Shown: positions 50,501 through 60,074, counted from the first letter of the stretch. The stretch is 64,000 bases of DNA from Candidatus Nomurabacteria bacterium (GCA_020632415.1 JACKFO010000002.1:322732-386731); one strand, 5' to 3'. A program made the numbers and translations. The notes: a model not told the origin generated them from the letters alone.

Positions 50501-51203
50501 TTTCTAAATGTTGGAACGGATCAACCACTGCTCCGCTTTTGTATTTTTGCTGTTGACTAATTGTTTCGCCAATAATTTGAGCTGTCTCCTCTGGCTGATA
50601 CAAAGCCTGACGTCCTTGTTTAAAAGCTTTTTTAAACAAAGCAGTATTAGTTGCTCCTGGAGTAACTGTCAAAACTTTGACAGTTTTCAAATCTTTGGCC
50701 AAAGATTGACCAAAACCAACCACACCAAATTTTGAAGCACAATACACGGAAAATTCTTTTTTACCTTCCAAGCCAGCGCCAGAGGAAATATTCACAATCA
50801 ATCCTCTGCTCTTTTTTAAATTTGGCAAAAAATATTTTGACATCAAGATTGTTGCCTGCAAATTAACAACTAAGGTTTTGACAATTGCCTGATCTTGATA
50901 AGTTTCTAAAAGACCTGCCAGTGGCACGCCGGCGTTATTTAACAAAACATCAATTCTCTGATTCTTGAGTTTAGTGGCGATTTTTTTTATTTGTTGAACT
51001 TTTTCTAAATCAATGACAAAAGTCTGAATTGTTATCTTTTCTTTTTCGGCTAAAGTTTTGGCTTTTTTTTGCCAAGTTCCTCTTTTTTTATCCAATAGAA
51101 TCAAATCAAAATTATTTTTGGCCAGCCAACAAGCCGTAGCCCAACCAATCCCTTGAGCCGCTCCGGTGATCAAAACTGTTTTGGAAGCTTTTGAAAAAAT
51201 CAT
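50493..51203 (-). CDS. short-chain dehydrogenase/reductase
   Basis: TGAAQGIGWA (TGxxxGxG), NNAG, catalytic YCASK. Confidence 0.85.
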   Translation of the reverse strand: MIFSKASKTVLITGAAQGIGWATACWLAKNNFDLILLDKKRGTWQKKAKTLAEKEKITIQTFVIDLEKVQQIKKIATKLKNQRIDVLLNNAGVPLAGLLETYQDQAIVKTLVVNLQATILMSKYFLPNLKKSRGLIVNISSGAGLEGKKEFSVYCASKFGVVGFGQSLAKDLKTVKVLTVTPGATNTALFKKAFKQGRQALYQPEETAQIIGETISQQQKYKSGAVVDPFQHLERK

Positions 51204-53881
51204 AAGTTTTTAACTTTAACTTTTTTATAATAAAAAATAAAAATAGTTTTAATGATTTCAATTGCTAAAATTACTCCCACTAAAAAGACCAAAATTACTC
51301 GCCACTCAGACCAAGTCAAAGGTACGGTGTGCAAAGCTTGATTTAAAAACGGTAGATAAATTGCTGCTAATTGTAAAAATAAACCAAAAACTACAGCTAA
51401 ATTTAAATATTGATTTTGAAAAGGATGGGAAGTAAAAATACTGTGTTTTAAACTACGAATACTAAAAACATAAAATAAAGTATCAAGGCCCAAGGCTGTA
51501 AAGACCACAGTACGAGCTAAGTCTTCGTCACCATGTCGCCAAAACCACCAAAAAATCCACAAACTAGATAAAGCGGTAATCAAACTAATAATAAAAATCA
51601 AAAATTTTCCTTCAAAATCAAGCAAAGTTTTTTTGTTTAATTTAGACTTGGCATTCATCGCCTCTTCATCTTCTGGTTCCATAGTCAAAGCCAAATTTGG
51701 CAAACCATCGCTGACCAAGTTGATCCACAAAATCTGCGCTGTGGCAATCGGCAAAGGCCAACCCAAAAGCATCGCTAAAAAAATTATAATAATCTCTGAA
51801 AAACTATCAGACAATAAATATAAAATAACTTTGCGAACATTATCAAAAATAACTCGTCCTTGCCTGATTGCTGTAACGATAGTTTTAAAATTATTGTCCA
51901 ACAAAACTAGATCTGCTACTTCTTTGGCAACATCCGAGCCAGAAGAAACTGCTACGCCGATGTCGGCTGCTTTCAAAGCCGGTGCATCATTGACGCCATC
52001 GCCAGTCATCGAAACGATCTCTCCTTTTTTTTGCCAAGCTTTAACAATTCTTAATTTATCAGCCGGAGTTACCCGAGCATAGACTTGCACTTCATCGATC
52101 TTTTTTTCTAGCTCAAGATCGCTCATTTTTAATAAATCTTCACCGCCCAAAATATTTTTCTGCTCTATTTTTAAACCCAAATCTTCGGCAATTTTACTGG
52201 CTGTAAATTTATTGTCTCCAGTGATAATAATTGTCTTAATCCCGGCTTTTAAAGCAATTTCAATCGTCTCTTTAGTATCTTGACGCAAAGGATCAGAAAG
52301 ACCCCAAAGGCCAACAAAAATCAAATCATGCGGATTTGTCTGACAAATTTTGATATCTTTTTCTTTCCGAGGAATTAATTTATAAGCTCCAGCTAATACT
52401 CGCAAACCTTCGGAACTTAAATCTTGCCAAACCTTCAAAAAATGATCGCGCTTTGCTTTGTTTAGTTTAACTACTTTATTCTGATTTAAATAAAAGTCTG
52501 AAAATTGAAAAACTTTTTCTGGTGCACCTTTGAAAAAAATAATGTCATGTTGATGGTCATAGCTATGTCTAGTGACCATGTACTTGTATTTTGAATCAAA
52601 AGGAATTTCTTCTTTTCTTCTAAAACGATGTTCTAAATCTTTAATTTTTGCCAGCTGTGAACCAAATAATAACAAGGCTTTTTCTGTTGGGCTGCCCAAG
52701 ACCAACCAATCATCGATCGCATCATTAGGATTTTGCACAGCGGCATCATTACACATCATAGCAATTTGCATCAAACGCTCAATTTCTTTATCTTGTTTTT
52801 GATCTTTCCAAGAGCTGTCGCTTAAGCTAAATAAATGCTGACTAGTAAAAATCTTAGTCACTCGCATCTCTCCTTCAGTCAAAGTACCGGTTTTATCGGT
52901 ACAAATCAAAGTCGTTGAACCCAAAGTTTCTGCTGAAACAAGCTTCCTAACCAAACCGTTGTTTTTCAAAATTCGCTGCATGCCAATCGTCAAAATCATT
53001 GTCACGCCGATCACCAAACCTTCAGGGATTGCTGAAACCGCTAAAGCTACGGCGACAGTAAACATCTCTACTATTGGCTGTCCTTCAACTAAACCTAAAA
53101 AGAAAACAAGCAAAGCAATGACAACAATGATTTTGGTAATATTTTTAGCAAATTGATCAAGATTTTTTTGTAAAGGAGTTTTCTCATCTTCTGTTTCTTT
53201 GAGCAAACTAGTAATTTGACCTATTTCTGTTGCCAAGCCAGTATTTGTCACTATTACTCGCGCGCGACCTTCCACAACCAAAGTGCCCATAAAAACAGAA
53301 TTACTACGTTCAGCTAAAACCGTTCCTTTTTCTAAAACTTTTAGATTTTTTTCCTGCGGCCAAGACTCTCCAGTCAAAGTTGCCTCATTGACTCTAAAAT
53401 TATTTATCTCTAACAATCTTCCATCAGCCGGAACTCTGTCTCCGGCTTGTAAAACAATCAGATCACCAGGAACCAAAAATCTGCTTTCAATTTTTTGTTC
53501 CTGTCCGTCACGAATCACTACACTTTCTTGTTTAACTACTTTGTTTAGTTTTTGTAGCGACTGATTAGCTTTTTTCTCCTGCCAAAAACCAATCACCACA
53601 TTCAAAAGTACTGCCGCAAAAATAACATAAGCGTCTACAAACTCTCCAAAAACAAAGCTAATCAAAGCTGCAATTATCAAAACATAAACCAAAGCACTTT
53701 TGAATTGCGACCAAAACAAACGCCAAGCAGAAAATTTTTCTGCTTGCGCTAAAACATTAAGGTCATGACTATCTTGGCGCTTTTCTGCTTCTTTTTGTTT
53801 AAGGCCAAATTTTGTAGCTTCTAAATTCTGAAAAATTTTATCTAAAGCCAAATGATGCCAAACGATTTTTGTTTTGTGCAT
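51200..53881 (-). CDS. P-type cation-transporting ATPase (P2-type, Ca2+/Mg2+-like)
   Basis: DKTGTLT phosphorylation site, TGDGVNDAPAL hinge, PEGL motif, 10 TM. Start taken at MHKTKIV (track ORF from 53929). Confidence 0.88.
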   Translation of the reverse strand: MHKTKIVWHHLALDKIFQNLEATKFGLKQKEAEKRQDSHDLNVLAQAEKFSAWRLFWSQFKSALVYVLIIAALISFVFGEFVDAYVIFAAVLLNVVIGFWQEKKANQSLQKLNKVVKQESVVIRDGQEQKIESRFLVPGDLIVLQAGDRVPADGRLLEINNFRVNEATLTGESWPQEKNLKVLEKGTVLAERSNSVFMGTLVVEGRARVIVTNTGLATEIGQITSLLKETEDEKTPLQKNLDQFAKNITKIIVVIALLVFFLGLVEGQPIVEMFTVAVALAVSAIPEGLVIGVTMILTIGMQRILKNNGLVRKLVSAETLGSTTLICTDKTGTLTEGEMRVTKIFTSQHLFSLSDSSWKDQKQDKEIERLMQIAMMCNDAAVQNPNDAIDDWLVLGSPTEKALLLFGSQLAKIKDLEHRFRRKEEIPFDSKYKYMVTRHSYDHQHDIIFFKGAPEKVFQFSDFYLNQNKVVKLNKAKRDHFLKVWQDLSSEGLRVLAGAYKLIPRKEKDIKICQTNPHDLIFVGLWGLSDPLRQDTKETIEIALKAGIKTIIITGDNKFTASKIAEDLGLKIEQKNILGGEDLLKMSDLELEKKIDEVQVYARVTPADKLRIVKAWQKKGEIVSMTGDGVNDAPALKAADIGVAVSSGSDVAKEVADLVLLDNNFKTIVTAIRQGRVIFDNVRKVILYLLSDSFSEIIIIFLAMLLGWPLPIATAQILWINLVSDGLPNLALTMEPEDEEAMNAKSKLNKKTLLDFEGKFLIFIISLITALSSLWIFWWFWRHGDEDLARTVVFTALGLDTLFYVFSIRSLKHSIFTSHPFQNQYLNLAVVFGLFLQLAAIYLPFLNQALHTVPLTWSEWRVILVFLVGVILAIEIIKTIFIFYYKKVKVKNL

Positions 53882-53922
53882 GTTTATATTATACCATAAA
53901 ATGCAGTAATTCATATCTACTA

Positions 53923-53951
53923 TTGACAAATAAATACTTTTATGATAATAT
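53923..53951 (+). promoter_or_regulatory. promoter TTGACA-17(ends TGA)-TAATAT for the cassette-C gene
   Basis: -35 53923-53928, -10 53946-53951. RBS GGAG at about 54007. Confidence 0.5.
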
Positions 53952-54015
53952 TCAAAATCTAAAATTGTCCTTTTCGCTTTTCAATAACCAATCACCTCAA
54001 GCAACCGGAGCAAAA

Positions 54016-54558
54016 ATGCAAGCCTTTCATGAGTGGTTCGTCCACGAACTCGAGCAACGGCAGAACACGATCGACAATCCCTGTCCGATCGAAGTCGAAG
54101 TCAATGAATCGGGTACGGTACTCGGTACCCTACCCGACAACCTGAAGCCCCTCTTCTTCCTGATGCTCGACCTGATCGATGAGCGCAACGAGTCCGCCAC
54201 CGCGCTCCACGACTGGATCGTGGAACACCCCGGATTCCACCCGGCACACCCCGAAGATGCCAAGCCGGAACTGATCGGGGAATTCCAGGAGAAGAAGATC
54301 AATCACCGAGTCGCCTGCGACAAGCTGAAGACGATCACGTCCTACTTCTGGAGCAGCATCCACCACATCTTCCCCGACAGCCACAACCACAACAAGATGG
54401 AGGTCTGCAAGGACTGGCAGATCGTCTGCGGAGATGATGAAGGTGACATCAAGATCGATATCATCGGCATCGGCGGCATTCCCTCCGACTTCGTCGGTGG
54501 CTCCACCGTCGATCCCTTCGGCGACCTCCTCGGCAGCTTCTTCCGTCGAGGACACTGA
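54016..54558 (+). CDS. acidic His/Cys-containing cytoplasmic ORFan (180 aa, cassette C)
   Basis: GC about 57%, E. coli-like codons. Start trimmed to the SD-preceded ATG (MQAFHEWFVHELEQ...). No known domain. Confidence 0.5.
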   Translation: MQAFHEWFVHELEQRQNTIDNPCPIEVEVNESGTVLGTLPDNLKPLFFLMLDLIDERNESATALHDWIVEHPGFHPAHPEDAKPELIGEFQEKKINHRVACDKLKTITSYFWSSIHHIFPDSHNHNKMEVCKDWQIVCGDDEGDIKIDIIGIGGIPSDFVGGSTVDPFGDLLGSFFRRGH

Positions 54559-54590
54559 CGCCTCAACGCAGCAGAAATGATTGGCCACAG

Positions 54591-54626
54591 CCCCAAGTGC
54601 ATCACGCGCTTGGGGTTATTTTTTTA
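54591..54626 (+). terminator. intrinsic terminator of cassette C
   Basis: CCCCAAG-tgcatcacgcg-CTTGGGG followed by TTATTTTTTT. Confidence 0.55.
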
Positions 54627-54691
54627 AAACAAAATATAATACATTGATTTTTTTCTTAAAAATAAGTAAGATTAGCTTATAAATTTTAATT

Positions 54692-56515
54692 ATGTCTACT
54701 TTAGAACAAATAAAATTAGTTTTACAGAAAAATATTTCTGAAATCCTAAATCAACAGCTAGAATTGGATCAAATAGGACTTGATCTTCCGCCAAATGAAA
54801 TGTTTGGTGATTATGCTTTTTCTTGTTTTGAATTAGCAAAAATTCTAAAAATCAACCCTCAAGAAGTCGCTGAAAAATTAAACAACAAGTTTATTGCTGA
54901 TCAAACTATTCTAGCCACCAAAAATGCCGGGCCATATTTAAATTTAGAACTAAATCCACAATTTTTAGCCAAAGAAACACTCCAGGAAATCAGTCAAACA
55001 AAAAACTTTGGCCAAAACACTTTTGGTCATGGTAAAAAAGTCTTGATTGAATTTTCCGGACCAAACACCAACAAACCTCAACATTTGGGTCATGTCCGTA
55101 ACGATATTTTAGGACAAGCAATGGTCAATCTTTATCGTGCTTGTGGTTTTGAAGTAATTGCTTGCAATATTATCAATGATCGTGGAATTCATATTGTCAA
55201 AAGCATGTTGGCTTACCAAAAATGGGGCGACAATCAAACTCCAGAAAGTAGTAAAATTAAAGGTGATCATTTTGTAGGTAATTTTTATGTCAAATTTGAG
55301 CAAGCTTTAAAAGCTGAACGAGATGATTATTATCAAAAAAATAAAATCGATCTGACCAAACTAAAAGCCCAAGAACAACGTCAAGCAGAAGATGCTTTCT
55401 TACAACAATCGCCACTAATGCAAGAAGCTCACGAAATGCTAAAAAAATGGGAAGCCGAAGATCCAGAAACACGAAATCTTTGGTCAAAAATGAATTCTTG
55501 GGTTTATCAAGGTTTTGAGGAAACCTATCAAGCTCTTGGCATTAAATTTGACCAAGTTTATTATGAAAGCCAAACTTATCTTTTGGGCAAAGAAATTATC
55601 AAACTTGGTTTAGAAAAAAAAGTTTTCTTTCAAAAAGAAGATAATTCAATTTGGATTGATTTAAGCTCAGAAAACTTAGATCAAAAATTGGTTTTACGTG
55701 CTGATGGCACTTCTGTTTATATTACTCAAGATTTAGGCATGGCAAAACAACGCCATGATCAATACAAGTTTGATCAAATGATCTATGTCGTGGCCAATGA
55801 GCAAAATTATCATTTTCAAGTACTATTTGCGACTCTCAAAGCGATTGGTTTTCCTTGGGCAGAAAATTTACACCATTTAAGCTACGGAATGGTCAATCTT
55901 CCTGATGGTAAAATGAAATCTCGTGAAGGCAAAGTTGTTGATGCTGATGATCTTATTTTGGAAATGAAAAATAAAGCCAGCGAAGTAATGGCAAAAGCTA
56001 CTAAACAAGTAGCAAGCTCTGTTGAACAAAAAATAAAAAGTTCCGAACAAGTTGGTTTGGGCGCTCTCAAATTTTTCTGTCTTTCAACTAGCCCACAAAA
56101 AGATATCACTTTTAATCCAACAGAAAGCATTTCTTTTGATGGTTATACTGGACCGTTTATTCAATACACGCACGCTAGAATTAATAATATTTTAACTAAA
56201 GCTGAAAAAATCCCACAATTTGCAGATTTAAATTTTAATCTAGAAATCTCCGCTGAAGAAAAAAAATTATTAAAAATTTTACTCAATTTTCCAGATAGCA
56301 TCAAAAATAGCGCTCTTGATCACAACCCAGCGACCCTTACTCAATACCTATTTGACTTAGCTAAAACTTTTAACAATTTCTACCAACAACATTCGGTTTT
56401 ACAAGCCGAGAGTCCTGATTTACAACAATTCAGATTATTTTTGGCAAATGCTACCAAACAAATCTTAAGCTCTGGCTTAGAACTCTTAGGCATCGAAGCC
56501 CCAGAGACAATGTAA
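54692..56515 (+). CDS. argS: arginine--tRNA ligase
   Basis: Class I HIGH-type motif (PQHLGHVRN). C-terminal DALR anticodon-binding domain ending in the characteristic ...LLGIEAPETM. Confidence 0.88.
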   Translation: MSTLEQIKLVLQKNISEILNQQLELDQIGLDLPPNEMFGDYAFSCFELAKILKINPQEVAEKLNNKFIADQTILATKNAGPYLNLELNPQFLAKETLQEISQTKNFGQNTFGHGKKVLIEFSGPNTNKPQHLGHVRNDILGQAMVNLYRACGFEVIACNIINDRGIHIVKSMLAYQKWGDNQTPESSKIKGDHFVGNFYVKFEQALKAERDDYYQKNKIDLTKLKAQEQRQAEDAFLQQSPLMQEAHEMLKKWEAEDPETRNLWSKMNSWVYQGFEETYQALGIKFDQVYYESQTYLLGKEIIKLGLEKKVFFQKEDNSIWIDLSSENLDQKLVLRADGTSVYITQDLGMAKQRHDQYKFDQMIYVVANEQNYHFQVLFATLKAIGFPWAENLHHLSYGMVNLPDGKMKSREGKVVDADDLILEMKNKASEVMAKATKQVASSVEQKIKSSEQVGLGALKFFCLSTSPQKDITFNPTESISFDGYTGPFIQYTHARINNILTKAEKIPQFADLNFNLEISAEEKKLLKILLNFPDSIKNSALDHNPATLTQYLFDLAKTFNNFYQQHSVLQAESPDLQQFRLFLANATKQILSSGLELLGIEAPETM

Positions 56516-56522
56516 CTTTTTC

Positions 56523-56561
56523 ACCAAGGGGAACAAATTTCCCCTTGGCATCCCCTTTTTA
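56523..56561 (+). terminator. argS terminator formed by palindromic element copy 2
   Basis: CCAAGGGGA-acaaatt-TCCCCTTGG followed by catCCCCTTTTTA. Confidence 0.5.
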
Positions 56562-56610
56562 TTGACAAGAAAAGAGAAATACCTTATAATCAAGTTCGTA
56601 ATTTTATAAT

Positions 56611-56687
56611 GCGCCTATAGCTCAGCCTGGTAGAGCAGTTGCCTTTTAAGCAAACGGTCGAGGGTTCGAATCCCCCTGGGCGCACCA
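56611..56687 (+). tRNA. tRNA-Lys (anticodon UUU)
   Basis: GCGCCTATAGCTCAGCCTGGTAGAGCAGTTGCCTTTTAAGCAAACGGTCGAGGGTTCGAATCCCCCTGGGCGCACCA. Close to E. coli tRNA-Lys. One T-stem mismatch noted. Confidence 0.8.
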
Positions 56688-56811
56688 CTCACTTAAAATT
56701 AATCAAGGTGCTCTGACCTTGTTTTTTTATTGACAAAATAAATAAGTAGTATAAACTTAATAAGTAAAATAAGTCCTTCCACCCGTCCATCTTAAACCAA
56801 GGAGGTATGCC

Positions 56812-56898
56812 ATGCATGCCAACCACGCCCCGCCCACGATGAGCACCGATCTCGTTTCGCCCCTGCGCCGTCAGCTCAAGAGCACCGAAATCGTCTAG
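56812..56898 (+). CDS. 28-aa hydrophilic peptide (MHANHAPPTMSTDLVSPLRRQLKSTEIV), cassette D unit 1
   Basis: GC-rich. AAGGAGG 6 nt upstream. Own promoter-like TTGACA at about 56743. Followed by a strong terminator. Confidence 0.35.
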   Translation: MHANHAPPTMSTDLVSPLRRQLKSTEIV

Positions 56899-56935
56899 AG
56901 CCACCAAGGCAGACGAGGCTATTGAGCTTCACCTA

Positions 56936-56967
56936 CGGCTCGCGCCACGCGCGAGCCGCTTTTTTTA
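56936..56967 (+). terminator. intrinsic terminator CGGCTCGCGC-cac-GCGCGAGCCG plus T7 (copy 1)
   Basis: 10-bp GC stem with a 3-nt loop. Identical to the copy at 57246-57278. Confidence 0.65.
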
Positions 56968-57102
56968 TCCAAAGTTTGACAAAATTAGAAATATATCATA
57001 AAATAAAAACTCAAGGAGTGTGAGTATTCTCAAGACTGACTTGGGAATCTCCCTCAACAACCATCAACCGTGGCTGTCCGCAAGGACGAAAGGAGCCGGT
57101 CT

Positions 57103-57201
57103 ATGAAGACCCCCTGCACCGCCATCATCACCCAGAAGAGCACGGAGATCGTGCAGACCACCGAGAAGAACGGCCAGCTCAAGGCCATCGAGCAGATCTA
57201 G
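57103..57201 (+). CDS. 32-aa hydrophilic peptide (MKTPCTAIITQKSTEIVQTTEKNGQLKAIEQI), cassette D unit 2
   Basis: GC-rich. RBS AAGGAG. Shares KSTEIV with unit 1. Promoter TTGACA-17-TAAAAT at 56975-57003. Approximately 95-nt GC-rich leader. Confidence 0.35.
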   Translation: MKTPCTAIITQKSTEIVQTTEKNGQLKAIEQI

Positions 57202-57245
57202 CTCCAGCGGGAGTAAATCACTCGAAGCCAAGAAGCTGAAACACC

Positions 57246-57278
57246 CACGGCTCGCGCCACGCGCGAGCCGCTTTTTTT
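57246..57278 (+). terminator. intrinsic terminator CGGCTCGCGC-cac-GCGCGAGCCG plus T7 (copy 2)
   Basis: 33-nt near-identical repeat of the unit-1 terminator, with one mismatch in the 5' flank. Confidence 0.65.
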
Positions 57279-57366
57279 ATTGCATAAATTGTGTTTAAAC
57301 TGTCAATAAAATTGCCTTGAAAAAAGCTAAAAAATAAGGTAAGCTAACTCTACTAAAACAGGCTTT

Positions 57367-58782
57367 ATGGACAAAATGCCCCCACAAAATCTAGAAGCAG
57401 AAAGCTCATTATTGGGTGCTTTGTTGATCGACAAAGAAGCAATTATCAAGGTTGCAGACGTAATTAATGCTCGTGATTTTTATAGCAACAAACACGGCAT
57501 GATTTATGAAACCATTTTAGACCTATTAGAACAACATGAGCCAGTTGACATTGTTTCGGTTTCCAATCGTTTAAATGAAAAAAAACAACTAGAAACTATC
57601 GGCGGAAAAACTTATATTGCCGAACTTACTGCTGCGGTTCCAAATTCTTCACACGTCAAATCTTACGCTAATATCATTCGCAAAAAATCTATTTTGCGTC
57701 AGCTAGAATCTGCTGCTGCTGAAATTTCAGAAATTTCTTTTTCGGAAGTTGATGACGTTGATAAAACTTTGGATAAAGCTGAACAAAAACTTTTTGCTAT
57801 CTCTCAAAATTCACTCAAACAAAATTTTGTTCAAGTCAAAAATATTTTGACCGACACTTTTAATCGTATCGATGAATTACATAAATCTGGTGGTGCCGGT
57901 GTCCGCGGCGTTCCTTCTGGCTACCCAGACATTGATCGACTTTTATCTGGCTTCCAAAAATCAGACTTAATAATTTTAGCTGCTCGACCTTCGGTCGGTA
58001 AAACAACTTTTGCTCTTGATTTGGTCAGAAATATTGCGATCAAATCCAAAGTACCAGTCGGCATGTTTTCTTTGGAAATGTCCAAAGAACAGCTAGTAGA
58101 CAAATTACTTGCCGCTGAAGCTGGCGTTGATCTCTGGCGAATGCGTACTGGAAAACTTTCTGACAAAGAGGAAAACGATGATTTTCCGCGCATTGGACGA
58201 GCAATGGGAGTCTTATCTGAAGCACCAATTTTTATTGATGATTCCGCTAATTCAAATATCTTAGAAATTCGAACCAAGGCTAGACGTCTAAAAATGGAAC
58301 ATGGTTTAGGTTTTTTGGTGATTGACTATTTACAATTAATGGAAGGGCGAGACAGAGAAAATCGAGTTAATGAAATCTCTGAAATTTCTCGAGCTTTAAA
58401 ACAATTAGCCAAAGAGATTGACGTACCAGTACTTGCTTTGTCTCAATTATCTCGTGCTGTGGAAAACCGAAGTCCTGCTATTCCAAAACTAGCTGATTTA
58501 AGAGAATCAGGCTCAATTGAACAAGACGCTGACATTGTCATGTTTATCTATCGTAAATCAAAAGATAAGAGTCGTGACTGTCCAGAAGATGAAAAAAATT
58601 TGGCAGAAATTCACGTTGAAAAACATCGTAACGGACCAACTGGCATTGTCAATTTATTCTTTGATGAAAACAAGGTTACTTTCCGTAGCGTCGAAAGGGC
58701 CCAAAATGTCGGTACTCCGCCACCAGAAGAAATTGGCCCACCAATACAAACCAATGGCTGGCAAGATGCTCCTAATCAATAA
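57367..58782 (+). CDS. dnaB: replicative DNA helicase
   Basis: N-terminal PPQNLEAESSLLGALL. RecA-like core with Walker A ARPSVGKTTFAL. Full length, no intein. Confidence 0.92.
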   Translation: MDKMPPQNLEAESSLLGALLIDKEAIIKVADVINARDFYSNKHGMIYETILDLLEQHEPVDIVSVSNRLNEKKQLETIGGKTYIAELTAAVPNSSHVKSYANIIRKKSILRQLESAAAEISEISFSEVDDVDKTLDKAEQKLFAISQNSLKQNFVQVKNILTDTFNRIDELHKSGGAGVRGVPSGYPDIDRLLSGFQKSDLIILAARPSVGKTTFALDLVRNIAIKSKVPVGMFSLEMSKEQLVDKLLAAEAGVDLWRMRTGKLSDKEENDDFPRIGRAMGVLSEAPIFIDDSANSNILEIRTKARRLKMEHGLGFLVIDYLQLMEGRDRENRVNEISEISRALKQLAKEIDVPVLALSQLSRAVENRSPAIPKLADLRESGSIEQDADIVMFIYRKSKDKSRDCPEDEKNLAEIHVEKHRNGPTGIVNLFFDENKVTFRSVERAQNVGTPPPEEIGPPIQTNGWQDAPNQ

Positions 58783-58812
58783 ACATTAATTAGCAAAATA
58801 ATAAATAAAATT

Positions 58813-59103
58813 ATGTTCAATAAATTAAAACAATTCAACGACTTAAGAAAACAAGCTAACGATCTAAAAAGCATGTTAGCCAAAGAAAGTGTTGAAGTAG
58901 AAAATAAAGGCGTCAAGATTATCATGGATGGTAATCAAGAAATAAAAACTTTTGAAATAAAACCTGAAATGCTAAAAGCTGAACACAAAGCTGATTTGGA
59001 AAAACAAATTAAAGAAGCTTTCGCTGAAAGCATCAAAAAAGTCCAGCGTAAGATGGCCATGAAAATGCAACAATCTGGCAATTTTAATTTACCAGGAATG
59101 TAA
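58813..59103 (+). CDS. ybaB: YbaB/EbfC nucleoid-associated protein
   Basis: 96 aa. LKQ...KGVKIIMDGNQEIKTFEIKPEML...LPGM matches the YbaB pattern. Upstream of recR as is usual. Confidence 0.85.
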   Translation: MFNKLKQFNDLRKQANDLKSMLAKESVEVENKGVKIIMDGNQEIKTFEIKPEMLKAEHKADLEKQIKEAFAESIKKVQRKMAMKMQQSGNFNLPGM

Positions 59104-59117
59104 ATAACAAAAAAACA

Positions 59118-59714
59118 ATGGCTCATTTGCCAAACTTTATCCAAAAACTAATCGATGAGTTCGATAAACTTCCGGGAATTGGTCCTAAAACCGCTTCCCG
59201 TTTAGTTTTTGATTTGTTGCACCGGAAAGAAGATATCAAAATTTTAGCAGACAACCTCAATGCTGCTTATCAACAAATTCATTTGTGCCCCAAATGTTTT
59301 AATCTCTCCGACGATGGTTTATGTAAAATATGTCGCAATCCAGAAAGAAATACCAAGCTAATTGCTGTTGTTGCTCACAACCAAGATGTTGAAGCTGTTG
59401 AAAAAACCAGCAAATTTACTGGCACCTATCATTTACTCAATGGCCTACTTAGTCCACTAGAAGGAATCACTCCTGATCGTCTAAAAATCAATGAACTGGA
59501 AAAAAGAATCAGCGAAGAAGAAGTAGCAGAAGTAATTTTGATTTTAGATCAAAGTATGGAAGGAGAGGCAACGGCTATTTATTTGAGCAAGCTTCTCAAA
59601 AAATATCCTCTAAAAATCAGCCAACTGGCTCGCGGCATTCCAATGGGAGCCAACATTGAATATACTGATGAAGTTACGCTCTCCTCGGCCTTGGAAAACA
59701 GAAAAGAATTATAA
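59118..59714 (+). CDS. recR: recombination protein RecR
   Basis: HhH (KLPGIGPKTASRLVFDLL), C4 zinc finger (CPKCFNLSDDGLCKIC), Toprim domain. Confidence 0.9.
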   Translation: MAHLPNFIQKLIDEFDKLPGIGPKTASRLVFDLLHRKEDIKILADNLNAAYQQIHLCPKCFNLSDDGLCKICRNPERNTKLIAVVAHNQDVEAVEKTSKFTGTYHLLNGLLSPLEGITPDRLKINELEKRISEEEVAEVILILDQSMEGEATAIYLSKLLKKYPLKISQLARGIPMGANIEYTDEVTLSSALENRKEL

Positions 59715-59745
59715 CAAAAAACCACTCTTGCGAGTGGTTTTTAAA
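59715..59745. terminator. bidirectional terminator between recR and rplU
   Basis: AACCACTC-ttgc-GAGTGGTT flanked by A6 and T5. Confidence 0.65.
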
Positions 59746-59756
59746 TTGAATTTAAA

Positions 59757-60074
59757 CTAAGCGCTAATCTTTTCAATCTTAATTTCTGCTTTATGTTGAC
59801 GATGGCCAACGGTTTTCTTATAACGAGTTTTAGCTTTATACTTAACGACCGTTACTTTACGATCTTTAAAATTCTTGACCAAAGTAGCTTCTACTTTAGC
59901 GCCTTTAATAATTGGATCGCCTAAAGTAACATTATCTTTATCATCAGCGATTAACAAAACATCATCAAAAACTACTTTTTCACCATCTTGTTTGGTTGGT
60001 AATTTTTCAATGCTTAAAACATCACCTTGTTTTACTTGATATTGTTTCCCGCCGGTTTTAATTACTGCTAACAT
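59757..60074 (-). CDS. rplU: 50S ribosomal protein L21
   Basis: MLAVIKTGGKQYQVKQGDVLSIEKL is the canonical L21 sequence. Track ORF trimmed from 60116. Not adjacent to rpmA in this genome. Confidence 0.88.
   Translation of the reverse strand: MLAVIKTGGKQYQVKQGDVLSIEKLPTKQDGEKVVFDDVLLIADDKDNVTLGDPIIKGAKVEATLVKNFKDRKVTVVKYKAKTRYKKTVGHRQHKAEIKIEKISA

Noticed and set aside
54027-54605. Antisense ORFs 54027-54302, 54130-54588 and 54342-54605 inside cassette C, and 50000-50323 inside cassette B, and 60221-60691, 60345-60746 and 60110-60388 around cassette E
   Set aside because: These are alternative-frame artefacts of GC-rich sequence. They lack an SD or promoter and overlap the better-supported CDS.
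57020-57106. Possible GTG-initiated ORF in the leader of cassette D unit 2 whose TGA overlaps the ATG (ATGA)
   Set aside because: The GTG is only 1 nt from the putative SD. There is no credible initiation context, so it is treated as 5' UTR, possibly structured.
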